Source: Eledone cirrhosa | Taxonomy: Eukaryota | Direction: 5' to 3' | Assembly: GCA_964016885.1 (NCBI GenBank) | Contig: OZ024745.1 | Location: 13,764,001-13,828,000, forward strand | DNA length: 64,000 nucleotides | Part shown: positions 1-13,000 of the stretch, in pieces | Layout of the letters: each line of letters starts with the position of its first letter | How positions within the stretch are numbered: the first letter of the stretch is position 1 | Made by a program: the position numbers and the translations under genes | Notes under the pieces: generated by a model | The model's input: the letters and a program-made list of their open reading frames with translations, nothing else | The model's database searches: none | What the model was told of the DNA's origin: nothing

Positions 1-570
1 GAAGTCTCCACAGCTACGGGGTACCGATGGTGGTGTATAGGGGGTAGTCGTAGGGCCAAGGACACCAGAAGTCTCCACAGCTACGGGGTACCGATGGTGG
101 TGTATAGGGGGTAGTCGTAGGGCCAAGGACACCAGAAGTCTCCACAGCTACGGGGTACCGATGGTGGTGTATAGGGGGTAGTCGTAGGGCCAAGGACACC
201 AGAAGTCTCCACAGCTACGGGGTACCGATGGTAATGTGTAGGGGGTGGTCGTAGGGCCAAAGACACCAGAAGTCTCCACTGCTACGGGGTACCGATGGTG
301 GTGTGTAGGGGGGGTCCTAGGGTCAAGGACACCAGAAGTCTCCACAGCTACGGGGTACCGATGGTGGTGTGTAGGGAGTGGTCCTAGGGCCAAGGACACC
401 AGAAGTCTCCACAGCTACGGGGTACCGATGGTGGTGTGTAGGGAGGTTGTCCTAGGGCCAAGGACACCAGAAGTCTCCACAGCTACGGGGTACCGATAGA
501 AGTGTGTAGGGAGGTGTTCCTAGGGCCAAGGACACCAGAAGTCTCCATTGCTACGGGCTCGACCGCAAAC
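1..570. repeat. Minisatellite, 67-bp unit, about 8 copies, runs off the left edge; derived from a CRE-type retrotransposon fragment
   Basis: Unit gaagtctccacagctacggggtaccgatggtggtgtatagggggtagtcgtagggccaaggacacca recurs at 1, 68, 135 and onward. The minus strand reads PVAVETSGVLGP, matching 43446-43525. Confidence 0.95.
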
Positions 571-921
571 TGTGTACTCTGATCTTCTCACACTTGAGTT
601 TCTCTCTTACATCCTCTACAAAAAAAAACAAGAAAGGAGTAAAAAGAAATAAAAATGTTTTTATTTTTTTCAAGGGAGGTAACTGTAATCGTCAGCAATG
701 TCGTAAGACGTTTTAGGTGGTTTCTCGTTCGCATCAAATATTTCATTTTTTGTTGAAAATAACTGGGGAAGAAAAATATTTTCAAGATGATTAATGGAAA
801 CTTTACTACCTGAAGTAACTGGATATACAAGTAAGAACACTGTCTTTATATCCTATTTCTTGTGTCTCACATACTGACATTTTATTAAACGTAACATCGT
901 CGAAATAAAGACCATGTGCTG

Positions 922-968
<47 letters not shown>

Positions 969-1707
969 ATACATATATCTTGCTTCTTTAGTAATATTTC
1001 CGTTTGTCCTGTTATTAATATATATATTCAGTAAAAAAAAAAAACGATAATCGAATTGCTATTAATAATCTCGCTACAGTATATTGTTTAGTAATTTTGT
1101 GTTGCACACCGATAGATGGATAGATACGTTTCACATGGCATAACTTAAATGATAAAAAATAAATGTTTATCTTAAAAGTGTGCCTTAAATAATCCAAATG
1201 ACTGAGCGGTACGAAGTGTTCTTAAGCAAGATCTTTCATTTCACGTTACTCCAATCAACGCACCTGAAATGAGTACCCAGTGTCAGCTGGGAAATTCTTA
1301 ACCTTGTCGTGGGCCAGGAAATAGCCTTGTACTTTTCTTGTCAATGCCGCTTAGCCTGATAACAGCCAGGGTCAAGAAAGACCTTAACTTACCTTATGAC
1401 AACGTATTAATAAAATACAAATTGAAGAATCTCTAATATACACTATATATTTCCTTTAGTGCGGATATATACATATAAAAATGTTGTTTGGTTGGTTTAT
1501 GTACAAGGTCAAATGGAATTGAAAGCTAGGTCTTTACGTAATTATTGACTTGTTTAGATAAGACAGAAAAATCCCGATATTTTAATAAATAATGAACGAT
1601 CCTATTAAATTGAATACATTTCTGTATATCGCAATCATGTATTATATCGAAGCCGGTGGAATTTGAAAACCGAATATAGTAAGCCAGTCTATCACTTTCA
1701 CCTTTAA

Positions 1708-2040
1708 ATAATTGTTTCTACTTTTGACACAAGGCCAGCAATTACCTCAGTGTATTACTGGTACTTTATTTTATCGACCCCATAAGGATGAAAGGCAAAG
1801 TTAACCTCGGCGGGATTTGAACTCAGAATGGCAAGGGCCGTAACTCTATGCTGCAAAGCATGGTGTCCGACCCTCTACTGATACTGCCAAATCCACTTTC
1901 ACCTTTAAATAATTGTTTCTACTTTTGGCACAAGGCCAGCAATTTATCAGTGTATTACTGGTACTTTATTTTATCGACCCCATAAGGATGAAAGGCAAAG
2001 TTAACCTCGGCGGGATTTGAACTCAGAATGGCAAGGGCCG
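1708..2040 (-). mobile_element. Two tandem copies of SINE family A (tRNA-type head, Meta-domain-like body)
   Basis: Near-identical blocks at about 1708-1895 and 1909-2040. The reverse complement contains gagttcaaatcccgccgaggttaactttgcctttcatcc...ggggtcgataaaataaagtaccagt, a family seen more than 10 times in the window. Confidence 0.75.
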
Positions 2041-2108
2041 CCAACTAATGAGCCTATTTTTAGTTTCTCCTTCATATCACTGCTCTAAATTCCAAGACGG
2101 TTATAACC

Positions 2109-2150
<42 letters not shown>

Positions 2151-4007
2151 AACGAAGGAATTGTGGTAAGGAACCAGGTGGACCATAACGCACCAGAGTA
2201 CTCAATACTTAGGGTAGTAGAGTGGGTAATAGAAAAAAGTATGGGGTCATACTTTTTCCTATTACCCACTCTACTGACGTATATATATATATATATAAAG
2301 ACGAGGTGGAGGAATTAAACTTTTTTTGTTACGAGGTTATGGTCCATCTAAAGACACTTTGTTTCTTGAGTATTTCAGATTTCTGCGCCGTTTGAATGAT
2401 TGGCAGAAAGCGATAGAGCGCTATATTAAATGACTTGAAAGCTTTAGTTTCTTCGTTATAAATTGACTTTAGTTTTTGTCTTTCTAGGGGTTAATAAAGT
2501 ATAGATCGAACCGTATAACTCGCTACTGTACTGCCTGTAGTTGTGGGCCTCATAGAATGAATGTAAGATCAAAGTCTCTACTGAGTCAGTAACACGGCTT
2601 CTGTTACAGATGTCTTAAAGTCACGGACGTCACTAATATAATTAAGAAAGGCATGAAAATCATGTAATCCTCTTTTTTGTCATATAAAAGGCTCAGCCTT
2701 CAGGTGTAAGGGGAAACAACTATAATTTCGGTGTCACACAAATAAAGTTGCCTTGGTAAATAAAGTACCACTTGTGCTTTAGATACAACAGAGACCGTTA
2801 AAATCAATTACTAGATTAGATATAATCGAATGTTCCCTTCTCACAAAATTTCTGGACTTGTACTTATATAAGAAAATATAATCATAGTTGTACAAATGCC
2901 TGTACTAAACTTTGTCTATTTCTCCTCTCTATTCTGCAACACACACACACATGTGCATACAACATTACCTAGAAGATTCAGATTTTACTTACAAGACCTA
3001 ATTAGAGTTAAAGAAAAACCTTGCCATGGAGGTGACATAAGTGTATCCAAAGATCTAGTCTTCAGTGATATTTTGTTCACATCTCTATATATATCCATCT
3101 CTCACCACTACATCCTCATACACTAATCAACCACCCCACTTATCCTCACAACCACCTATAACTTAATACCTATCTCCCTCCCCTCCCCCAAAGTTGAGAG
3201 GGCTCTACAGTTGGGTCTATAACCAATAACCTCTCTAATGAGGGTGCCACGAAAATAGACCCGGTACACGGGGGTAGTTGGTAACAAGAAGGGCACCTTG
3301 CTGTCAAAACAATGCCTAAAAGGGTTGAGAAAACTCTTTAGCTGTGTCTTTAACACAACGACCTCTCTAGTGTTGGTGATCTACACATTAAAAGCACCCA
3401 GTACACGCTGTAAAGTGGTTAGTGTTATGAAGGGCATCAAGCCATAGAAATCTTGCCAAACAAGAGGTTAGCAAGATCTTTCAGTTTGTGTCAAACGACA
3501 TGACAACTTCTCGTCTGCACTCAATAATGACTGTATGTAAGCATGATTAGACCTCCTCAGTCTGTCAGGGACGTTAGTGGCCCCACTTCAGTACTGACTT
3601 GTTCTATGTAGACCTGTCCAACCCTTATATATATAGATATAATTGTTAATTTGGCAGTTGTTAGAGTGCTCGATATTTGTTCCAACTCTCTGTACTCTGA
3701 GTTCAAATTCTTTTCATCCTTTAGCAGTTGATACAGTAACCAGGCCAGAAAGGTGGAATGGCAGATTTATCATAGTATCATATCAGGTGCCTTGTGGTGT
3801 CTCTTCAGTCTCTGTACATTTCAGTTGAAACCCTGTCTCCTATCACCTGATATAACATAGATCCCTTTGATTAAAACATTTCTATAAAATGCAATCTGTA
3901 TATCACTGTTTTACACTCTTTTACTAATTTCAAAGCCACAGTTTTTGTAGATAAAATAAATCTCTGTTGTTAATTATTTTGTTTGTTATTTCCAGACAGT
4001 CAGCAAA

Positions 4008-7000
4008 ATGCCACCGTGCATCATACAAGGAATCCGTTGTGCTAGAAGACTAAATTTACCAAAAATGATTCTATCTCTGGACCTTTCCCAAAGACTCCAC
4101 CATGTTCATAGACTCTCGGATTTGATACTACTACAATCTCATCGAACTCTCTCATTGTCAGCATTGAGATATGGCAAAAAAGAAAAAGAAGAACAGATTG
4201 AGAAGGAGAAAAAATTGATAGTTCGATCACAGGATCATTTTGATGAGTATGCAGAAAAAATGAAGAATCGTGCTATGTTCAAATCAGCAGTGGATGGATA
4301 TGTTATCAAAGAAAACGTTTACCGCCGTGGTCATGTAGAGTTTGCTTATGCTGCAATAAACAAGCTTAAAGAATTTGGTTCAGAAAAAGATTTAGCATCA
4401 TACAAAAAGATTCTTGAAGTTTTCCCCAAATACAAGATGATTCCCAAAAATGCATGGCAAGTGGAGATGATGCACTATCCAAAACAACAGCAATGTGCAA
4501 TTGATATCATGGATAAAATGGAACATAATGGTAAGTCTGAGAGGAAATAGTGGCAGTATTCCTTACCATAGTTCATTCACCATTATTATATTTATTATAA
4601 ACATGATCTAAAGACAATGGAGTGCCAAAATAGTTTAAGTGTTCGATAAAATACCTTCCAGTATCTATTCCAGTTATTGGCTTTCTGAGTTCAAAACCCG
4701 CAATGGTCTACTTTGCCTGTCATCCTTACAGGGTTGATGAAATAAAGTACCAGAAATGCACTGGGGTCGATTTAATTGACTTTCCCCTCCTCCCAAATTG
4801 TTATCCTTGTGCCTAAATCAGAAACTATTATTAATTTGAACGATAGATCAGATTGGCAGTATCAGTAGATCATTGAACATGCTTTATGGCATATAGTTAT
4901 TTCCCTTTACATTCTTAGTTCAAATCCTGTCGAGGTCAACTTTGCCTTTCATCCTTCTGGGATTGATAAAATAAAGTACCAGTCAAGTACTATGGTCGAT
5001 GTACTTAACTTTACCCTCCCCACAAATTACAGACATTGTTCTCATCATTAACTATAGAAACAAAGATAAAATACAGATCTGTATGAGCAAGACATGGTCT
5101 CCATACCTGAATTGTCCCATAACTTGACAACCCGACTAACCCATGAAAGCATGGAAAAGTGGACGTTAAATGATGATGATATTCATTATCATCATCAAGA
5201 TGATAATGAGACCGAAGATGACCTGGTATGAGGTGATAAAAGCTGACCTTACCCAATTACACCTCTCAAAAGCGATGACATACGACCGTGACCTCTGGCG
5301 TCACGCAGTAATACAGAGTACCCGACTTCCTATGGGTACAAGCTGAAGCATATAGACAATATGCCCCCACACCCCCCACCGCAAGGTGGTCGTGGAGGTG
5401 CGACGGTAAAAAAGCACCCAGCCCACACTGTAAAGTGGATGTGTAGGTGCCACGGAAAAGCACCCAGCACTCACTGTAAATGAGGTTGGTGTTAGGAAGG
5501 GCATCCAGATGTAGAAATCAAGCCAAATCAGTTCCTGTATGAGCAAGGCATGGTCAGCCGACCAGACACTGCCCACAACAGGACAACCCGTTTAACCCAT
5601 GCTAGCATGGAAGAACGGACGTAAAACAGTGATGATGATGATGATCATCATCATCATCATCATCATTATTTTTACATCTACTTTTCCATGTATGCATCAG
5701 TTGGAAATGTTCTCTCCGGTACATGTTTCCTCCACTTCTCTGGTGTCAACTCATTGGTGAGTTTCAGCATCCTCAGGCTGACCTTCACCACTTCTACACA
5801 TATCTTCCTTCTGTGAGGAACTCTTGACACTTCTTTTCCCAATGGTCATCATCTCAGGGCCAGATTTAACGGGGGGCAAATGGGGCAGTTGCTCTGGGGC
5901 CACACCAGTGATGACTGAAATTTATTTGTGCACTCTGCTAGGACTTTAGTTTTTGGATGGTTAGACTTTTTGAATTTAATACCTGTATGTATAACTTTTC
6001 AATTCCAATTACTTGCATCAAGCTGACTTTGATACATAAAATTGGGGGTTTGCTGTGTATTCTAATTTTTTTGTGTATGAGGGGGCCCCCCCAAACCTCC
6101 AAGCCCCCCAATGTCTAAATCCAGCCCTGCATCATCCATCTCCATACCAACATAACCTTCCCTCCAACAAACATCTGATTCTTAATTCAAATCCTGTCAG
6201 GATCAACTTTGTTTTTTCATTCTTCCAGAGTCAATAAAGTAGCAGCCATTCAATATTTCATTGAATCAACATTTGTGGCCATTCTTTCCTTCTTTATAAA
6301 AATGGCTTTGGGCTGGATACACCCAGAGGATGTATCAGAAACATGTTGACATAAAAACTAACAGACTGGATCTTGAGAAACCACAAAAGAAGTAGGATGA
6401 CAACAAACAAGATGAAATAACATACTAGAGATTGGGCAGAAAAAGCAAAGTTAATCTCTCTAGGATTTGAACACAACTATATATTACACATCATTTTGTT
6501 CAGTATGCTACTGATTCTGCTACATTACACTGCTGTAAAAATTATAATTAAATTATTAACTATATTATATCTCATTTGTTGTTTGAGTGGTGGATTGACA
6601 GTATCAGTTGGGCATCGGATAACATGCTTTGCTACATACAGTTACAGCCTTTTATGTTCTGAATTCAAACCCCGCTGAGGTTAGCTTGGTCTTTCATCCC
6701 TAAAGGGTTGATAAATAAAGTACGAGTAATGCACTTAGGTCGATTTAATCAACTTTCCCTTCTGCCAAAATTGTTGGTCTCGTGCCTAACTCAGAAACCA
6801 TTATTTGTTGTACTTGGGCGGTGGCTTGGCAGTATGCTTTGACGCAGAGAGTTACGGCCCTTGTCATTCTGAGTTCAAATCCCGCCGAGGTTAACTTTGC
6901 CTTTCATCCTTACGGGGTCGATAAAATAAAGTACCAGTAATACACTGGGTAATTGCTGGCCTTGTGCCAAAAGTAGAAACAATTATTTGTTGTACTTTTA

Positions 7001-10000
7001 TATTTTTGTTTTTAAAGGAAATGTTAACTGATAATTTAAATATTTAATCAAGCAGTAAATTTAATTAAATCCTGTTTTGTTTTTTTTTCAAGTATATTTC
7101 TTTTTTTCTTTTTTTTTTGTCTTAAATTTTTAATAGCTGTCATCCCTGACCTAGAGTTTGGGATAATTCTCTCAGAAATATTTGGATTGAAGGCTCATGC
7201 ATTTCGGAAATACCAACGAATGATGTACTGGATGCCAAAGATGAAGAATCTAAATCCATATCCAGTTCCGTTATATCTTACCGATGATCCGACACAGTTG
7301 GCTATAATGGCACTGAAGAGAATGGCTGTTGATCTACAAAACCATGTCTCCCTCTTTTGGGTAAATTGAATGATATTTAATTTGATAGCTTAATAACTAA
7401 CTGGTGCAATATTTGTTGTTGTGTGACCCCAGGTGAATATATTGGTTAAGCAACTCTATAGTTCACATGTGGTCAGTCAAATGACTAGGTGGTGGGACCT
7501 ATCAATCTGTACTTCTAGATATCCCCTAATTTTATATTTAAACCTTTGGATACCAACCCAACCAAAAGCATCTCTGGTTCCATGAAATAAAGCCACCCAT
7601 TTTAAATTTAAATTAAAATCATCCAACATAATTTTATATAAGAACCTTAGATTAAGTTGCTATCTTAGTAATGAAATAATTAATGATTTTAGTAAATCCC
7701 TCAAAATTCTTCATTAATTAATTAAAATAGAGTGCATTTAATTAGAAACATGGTCATGAAAGGGTTAAGAACCATACTGCACACTTCAACATTCAGTTCT
7801 GAATTATGAGATGCTGGGCATCATTATCATCATTTTATGTCCATTTTATGTCCATTTTATGTCCATGGGTTTGACAAGCTGGAGTAATATCATCATACTC
7901 ATACTTTCCCTATTTGGCATGAGTTTTACACTGGATGCTTTTCCTAATGCCAACCACCTTACAGAGTGTATTGAGTGTATTTTTGTGGCACCAACACTAC
8001 CACAATTCAGAGTAGACTGGGTGTATTTTATTATAACTCTAATGCTTTATAAGGTGTCATCATCATCATCATCATCAGGTTTAGCGTCCGTGTTCCACGC
8101 TTGCATGGGTTTGGACGGGGGTTTTCCCACTTGAGGCAAGAGTGGTTGTCTTGCTCGCATAGGACTGTCTGGCGGGTTTTCTACAGTTGGATGCCCTTCC
8201 TAACACCAACCACATTTACAGTGTGGGGCTGGGAGGTTTTTACCGTGTTGCCTACACGGCCACATTACAGCGTGGACTGTCTGGCGGGTTTTCTACAGCT
8301 GGATGCCCTTCCTAACACCAACCACATTTACAGTGTGGGGCTGGGAGGTTTTTACCGTGTTGCCTACACGGCCACATTTACAGCGTGGACTGTGTGTTTT
8401 TTGTCGTGACACCTACACGATCTCATTTGTTTCGGCCTGGATGTTGTGGGACCAACATAACTTTACATTGAAAGGGGCGGTGTGGGTGGGGTGGAGGTGG
8501 TGGGACGGGGGTGTGTTTTGATAGAGATGCCTACTGACTGTAGTAGGTTTTTACTTTGTATTTAGGTAAGGCGGGTCTTCTCTATTACTGAGTACCGCCA
8601 AAGGTCTCGGTCCAGTGACATTGTCTTGGAGAGGTGTAAGCGTGTGAGGTCGGAATTTATCAGCTCGTCCCATGTTTTTCTGGGTCTGCCTACTCCGTGG
8701 CTACCGTCTATCTTTATTGCCCTGCACTTTGTTATACAGCTGTCGTCTTTCATGCGCATCACGTGACCGTACCAACGTAGCCTTCTCTCGAGTAAACAAC
8801 ATCTGATCCCTCTTATTTCTAATTTTTTCCTTAGTTCGTTTATGCTTTGCCGTTCACGTATATTACTATTGCACATCCAGCGGAGCATGCAAGCTTCGTT
8901 CCTCTCTAGTCTGCGTATATCCTCTGCACACAATGCCCAGGTCTCACTGCCATGCAGCATTGCTGTTCGTATGCAGGCATCGTATAACCTGCCTTTCATT
9001 TTTAGGGAGAACCCTCTAGCGGCTAATAGTGGTATAAGCTCTCTGAACTTTTTCCATCCAGTTCTGACTCTAGCTACTGTACTTTCAGAGCACCCTCCCC
9101 CACTGCTGATTTTGTCACCCAGATAACGGAAGCTGTCCACTATTTCTATAGAACCCTCTGCACAGTTGAAGGAGCTAGTATTTTGTGGGCACTTGCTGCT
9201 ACTTATTGCACCAGAGCACCGGCCACATGTAAAATCTATGTTCTTAGTTAGCTTACCTGTGATCCCACTACATCTTTTATGCACCCATACTTTGCATTTG
9301 GGACATAAAATGGAGTTAAAAGGTGTATTGGATGCATTTTATCATGTGAGTAGCATCATCACTAGAGAGGTTGTCACATGTTCAGCCTTAGGTCCTCAAC
9401 AGGCAAAAGTCTGGCCCTGCATATGGAATCTCTTTGGTCATGGACCTCCTGACCGGGGGCCAAACAACAACAATATTCAGCTTCAAACCACTGAGGGAGC
9501 CTTTATGCAGTCACTCAACCTGCTAGAAAATGCAGCAATATCTCCCTTAACCCACATTCTACCATCTTTAAAAAAATGTAATATTGGATAATTTAGTCTG
9601 GAACACACTGTTTCTAAACATAAGACTGGGTGGTCATAGTTGGAATACTTTTTAATCTTATGTCTGTTTAATGAGGAACAAGGGGCTAAACTAACAACAA
9701 CCAAATTACTTCATCATCATTTTCATCTTCTTCACCATTACCATCACTGTCACCATCATCATTTCATCATCACCATCATCATCATCACCATCGTTATCAT
9801 AACCACTATCATCATCAACATCACCATTGTAACCATCATCGACTACTTTTGTTGTTAATCTTCACTCATTGGATTTATCTTTCTACCAGACAACAGAAAT
9901 TGAGAATGAACCTGAGGTGAACACATTCATTGCAAGTGCCCAAAGTCCTTCACAACAGGGACTTCTAAATAAGCATGATGATTCAACCCCACTAACAGTT

Positions 10001-13000
10001 GTAGGTGGTCATACAGTGTGGCTGAGAAATGTTCTTCAGACTTACTTTGTCTTGATAGCAGAAAACCCTACTAATGAATCTCCTAAAGCTACAGTAACAG
10101 GCACAAAATCAAATGATGGTGATGATGATGATGGTAAGAATTAAGATTTATTTTCATTAAAGAGGTCTTCTGGCAGACAAAATTTTTTCCCCCAATTTTC
10201 TTGAAATTCAAACTTCAAACTTCAAACAACATATCTTAAAGTTAGAGGTAATAGGATAAATACAGTTAAACACTAAGTTGGTTAAATCCACCACTTTCTT
10301 CCCTCATTACTTGTGTTGTATCAAATGTCAGATTATTGATGTTGTTACTTTATATCCATTTCGACTGGTTACATTGGTAAGATAGTTTATGTTGGAAGTT
10401 GTATAATGTCCTTCCTATCACTAGCTTACACTGCTGTGATAGGAGTGGAATCTGTATTTTATTCAGGCTGTCCAGCAGAATTATCTCCCTTGCTCAGCTT
10501 CACACCACAATGGCTGTATTAGTAAAATTTGAAGCCATGTTTATCCTTTTTTTTCTCCTTCGTTACCCCTCAGGTGAAGGCGTATGGCTCAGAGGTTAGA
10601 ACGTTTGGTTTACAATCATGAGGTTGTGAGTTCGATTCACATACCAGGCGTGTGTAGTGTTGTGTCCTTGAGTAATAGATTTTATTTTACATTGCTCCAG
10701 TTTACTCAGCTGTAGAAATGAGTTGCGATGTCACTGGTGCCAAGCTGTATTGGTTATTGTCTTTCCCTTGGACAACATCTGTGGCGTGGAGAGTGGAGAC
10801 TGGTATGCTTGGGCGACTGCTGGTCTTCCATAAACAAACGTGCCAGGTACAAATCCCATGTCATTCTAGACTGAAGGGTGTGTTTACCTACCCCTGAATA
10901 GTTCAGTTTCCTTACCTTCCTCTCTTTCTGCCTTCTTTTCGGTCCCTTTCACTCTCTTTATCCCACTTTAGGTCACTTTTTCTTTTCCCCTTCCATAGCA
11001 TGAGGAACATAACCTCCCAGCACCTAGCCCACCCTATAAGGTGGTAGTGTTGGTGTCATGATAAAATGCTCCCAGTACATGCTGTAAAATGGTTGATGTT
11101 AGGAAGGGTATTCGGCTGTAGAAGATGGAATGTGTGTGCTAGATGTGGTCACCTGATCTGTCTAGGCTCAAAATGTGACAACCCATGTAAGCATGGAATA
11201 TAGAAGTAAAATAATCTTGATCTTAACTTCATATAACACCCCAAGCTACCTATACTGTATCACCAGTGTTACCCCACATAACACCTCAAGCTACTCTATA
11301 TCACCAGTGTTACCCCACATAACACCCCAAACTACCTACACTATATCACCAATGTTACCCCACATAACACCTCAAGCTACCTATACTATATCACCAGTGT
11401 TACCCCACATAACACCTCAAGCTACACTATATCACCAGTGTTACCCCACATAACACCCCAAGCTACCTACACTATATCACCAGTGTTACCCCACATAACA
11501 CCTCAAGCTACACTATATCACCAGTGTTACCCCACATAACACCCCAAGCTACCTACACTATATCACCAGTGTTACCCCACATAACACCTCAAGCTACCTA
11601 TACTATATCACCAGTGTTACCCCACATAACACCTCAAGCTACTCTATATCACCAGTGTTACCCCACATAATACCCCAAGCTACCTACTCTATATCACCAG
11701 TGTTACCCCACATAATACCTCAAGGTACATATTCTACTATAATGTTAATATATTCCTGAGTTACCTGATGTCTCTCTGATTAGATTCCTTTCATCTTTCA
11801 CCTAATTACTGAAGTTTTATCAATAATTACTGCTGCCATTGTATTTGTTTTCCTAGTTCTATATTTTGCCCTGATTTCATTGTCTATTAAATCAACCTTT
11901 GAAAATCACATTCCTGACATATAACATCAGTAGAATAGATAATATCTTGCAATATAATACCTTGTGTGTGTATGTCACTAATGTACCTTGTGTGTATATG
12001 TGTCTCTCATACAATACTTTGTGTGTGTATATCTGTATATCCAGTGTATATGTCTCCAATATGACAGTTAAAGAGGAATGCAATGTTTTAGGTTGTGTTG
12101 ACATTTCACCTGAAAACCATTGACTTCAACTCTGTTTTTATTCCCTAGGCAGAAAGGTGTCCATAAACCTGTTTATTTGTTTTTTCAGGCTCTAATTCTA
12201 ATGAAAGCGAAGGTAGATTGTATCCTCAGATAAAGAACAATGATTTGTTTTTAACCCGTTTTATACCAACCCACCCAAAACCCCTTCTGGTTCTATGAAA
12301 CAAAACCACCCTTCTTCATCGTCCACTTATTCTTAAGAGGGTCATGGGGGCAGAGCCCTCAAACATTCTCTCCAGTGGGTCCTGTCAGAAGCAACTGTCT
12401 CCAACTGATCCGGCTGGATCCCCAAGTTAGACCAGTCAAGCTCATGGATGTTACCCAACCATCTTGCTCGGGGTCTACCTCTGGGTCTCTTGCCGGATGG
12501 TTTTGCCTGTAAAATCTGTCCAGCGCTTCTTTCCAGAGACATTCTAACTACATGTCCATTTTAAAATATCCCTATTTAACTCTGGATACCAACCTCACCA
12601 AAGTGGGTTCTGGTTCTATGAAATAAAACCACCCATTTTAAAGGGTTTCTATTTAAATTAAAATTTTCCAGCATTAACTTTATATAAGAACCATATGTTG
12701 AGCTACTATCTCAGTAAGGAAATAATTAATAATTTTAATAATACCATCAAAATTCTTCATTAATTAATTAGATATATGTTGTTGATTGATTACTTTAAAT
12801 CAGTCCAGGGTGGTGGATTGACAGAATTGTTAGATGTGGTAAAGCAATATCTGTTCTAGTTAGCTGTATTCTGAGTTCAAATCCCACCTCTGGTCTCCAT
12901 CTCTTATAATGCTAAGGTATGAATCATAACAAAATAGTTTGTCTGTCATTCTGTTGTCTACAGATTCTTTGGTATAATATTAACATGTTAGTACTTTGAA

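Noticed and set aside
14-499. ORFs in the 67-bp repeat (also 41526-41807, 11175-11453, 63523-63964)
   Set aside because: These are periodic translations of tandem repeats, not genes.
588-836. Possible ECSIT non-coding first exon (donor-like gtaaga at 831) or a minus-strand micro-exon near 592-616
   Set aside because: Only splice-like motifs are present, with no protein similarity or transcript evidence.
9640-9858. His/Ile-rich ORF
   Set aside because: Translation of a (CAT/CAC)n microsatellite in an ECSIT intron.
10576-10650. tRNA gene
   Set aside because: The A/B-box-like head continues into a SINE body present in multiple copies; no clean cloverleaf.
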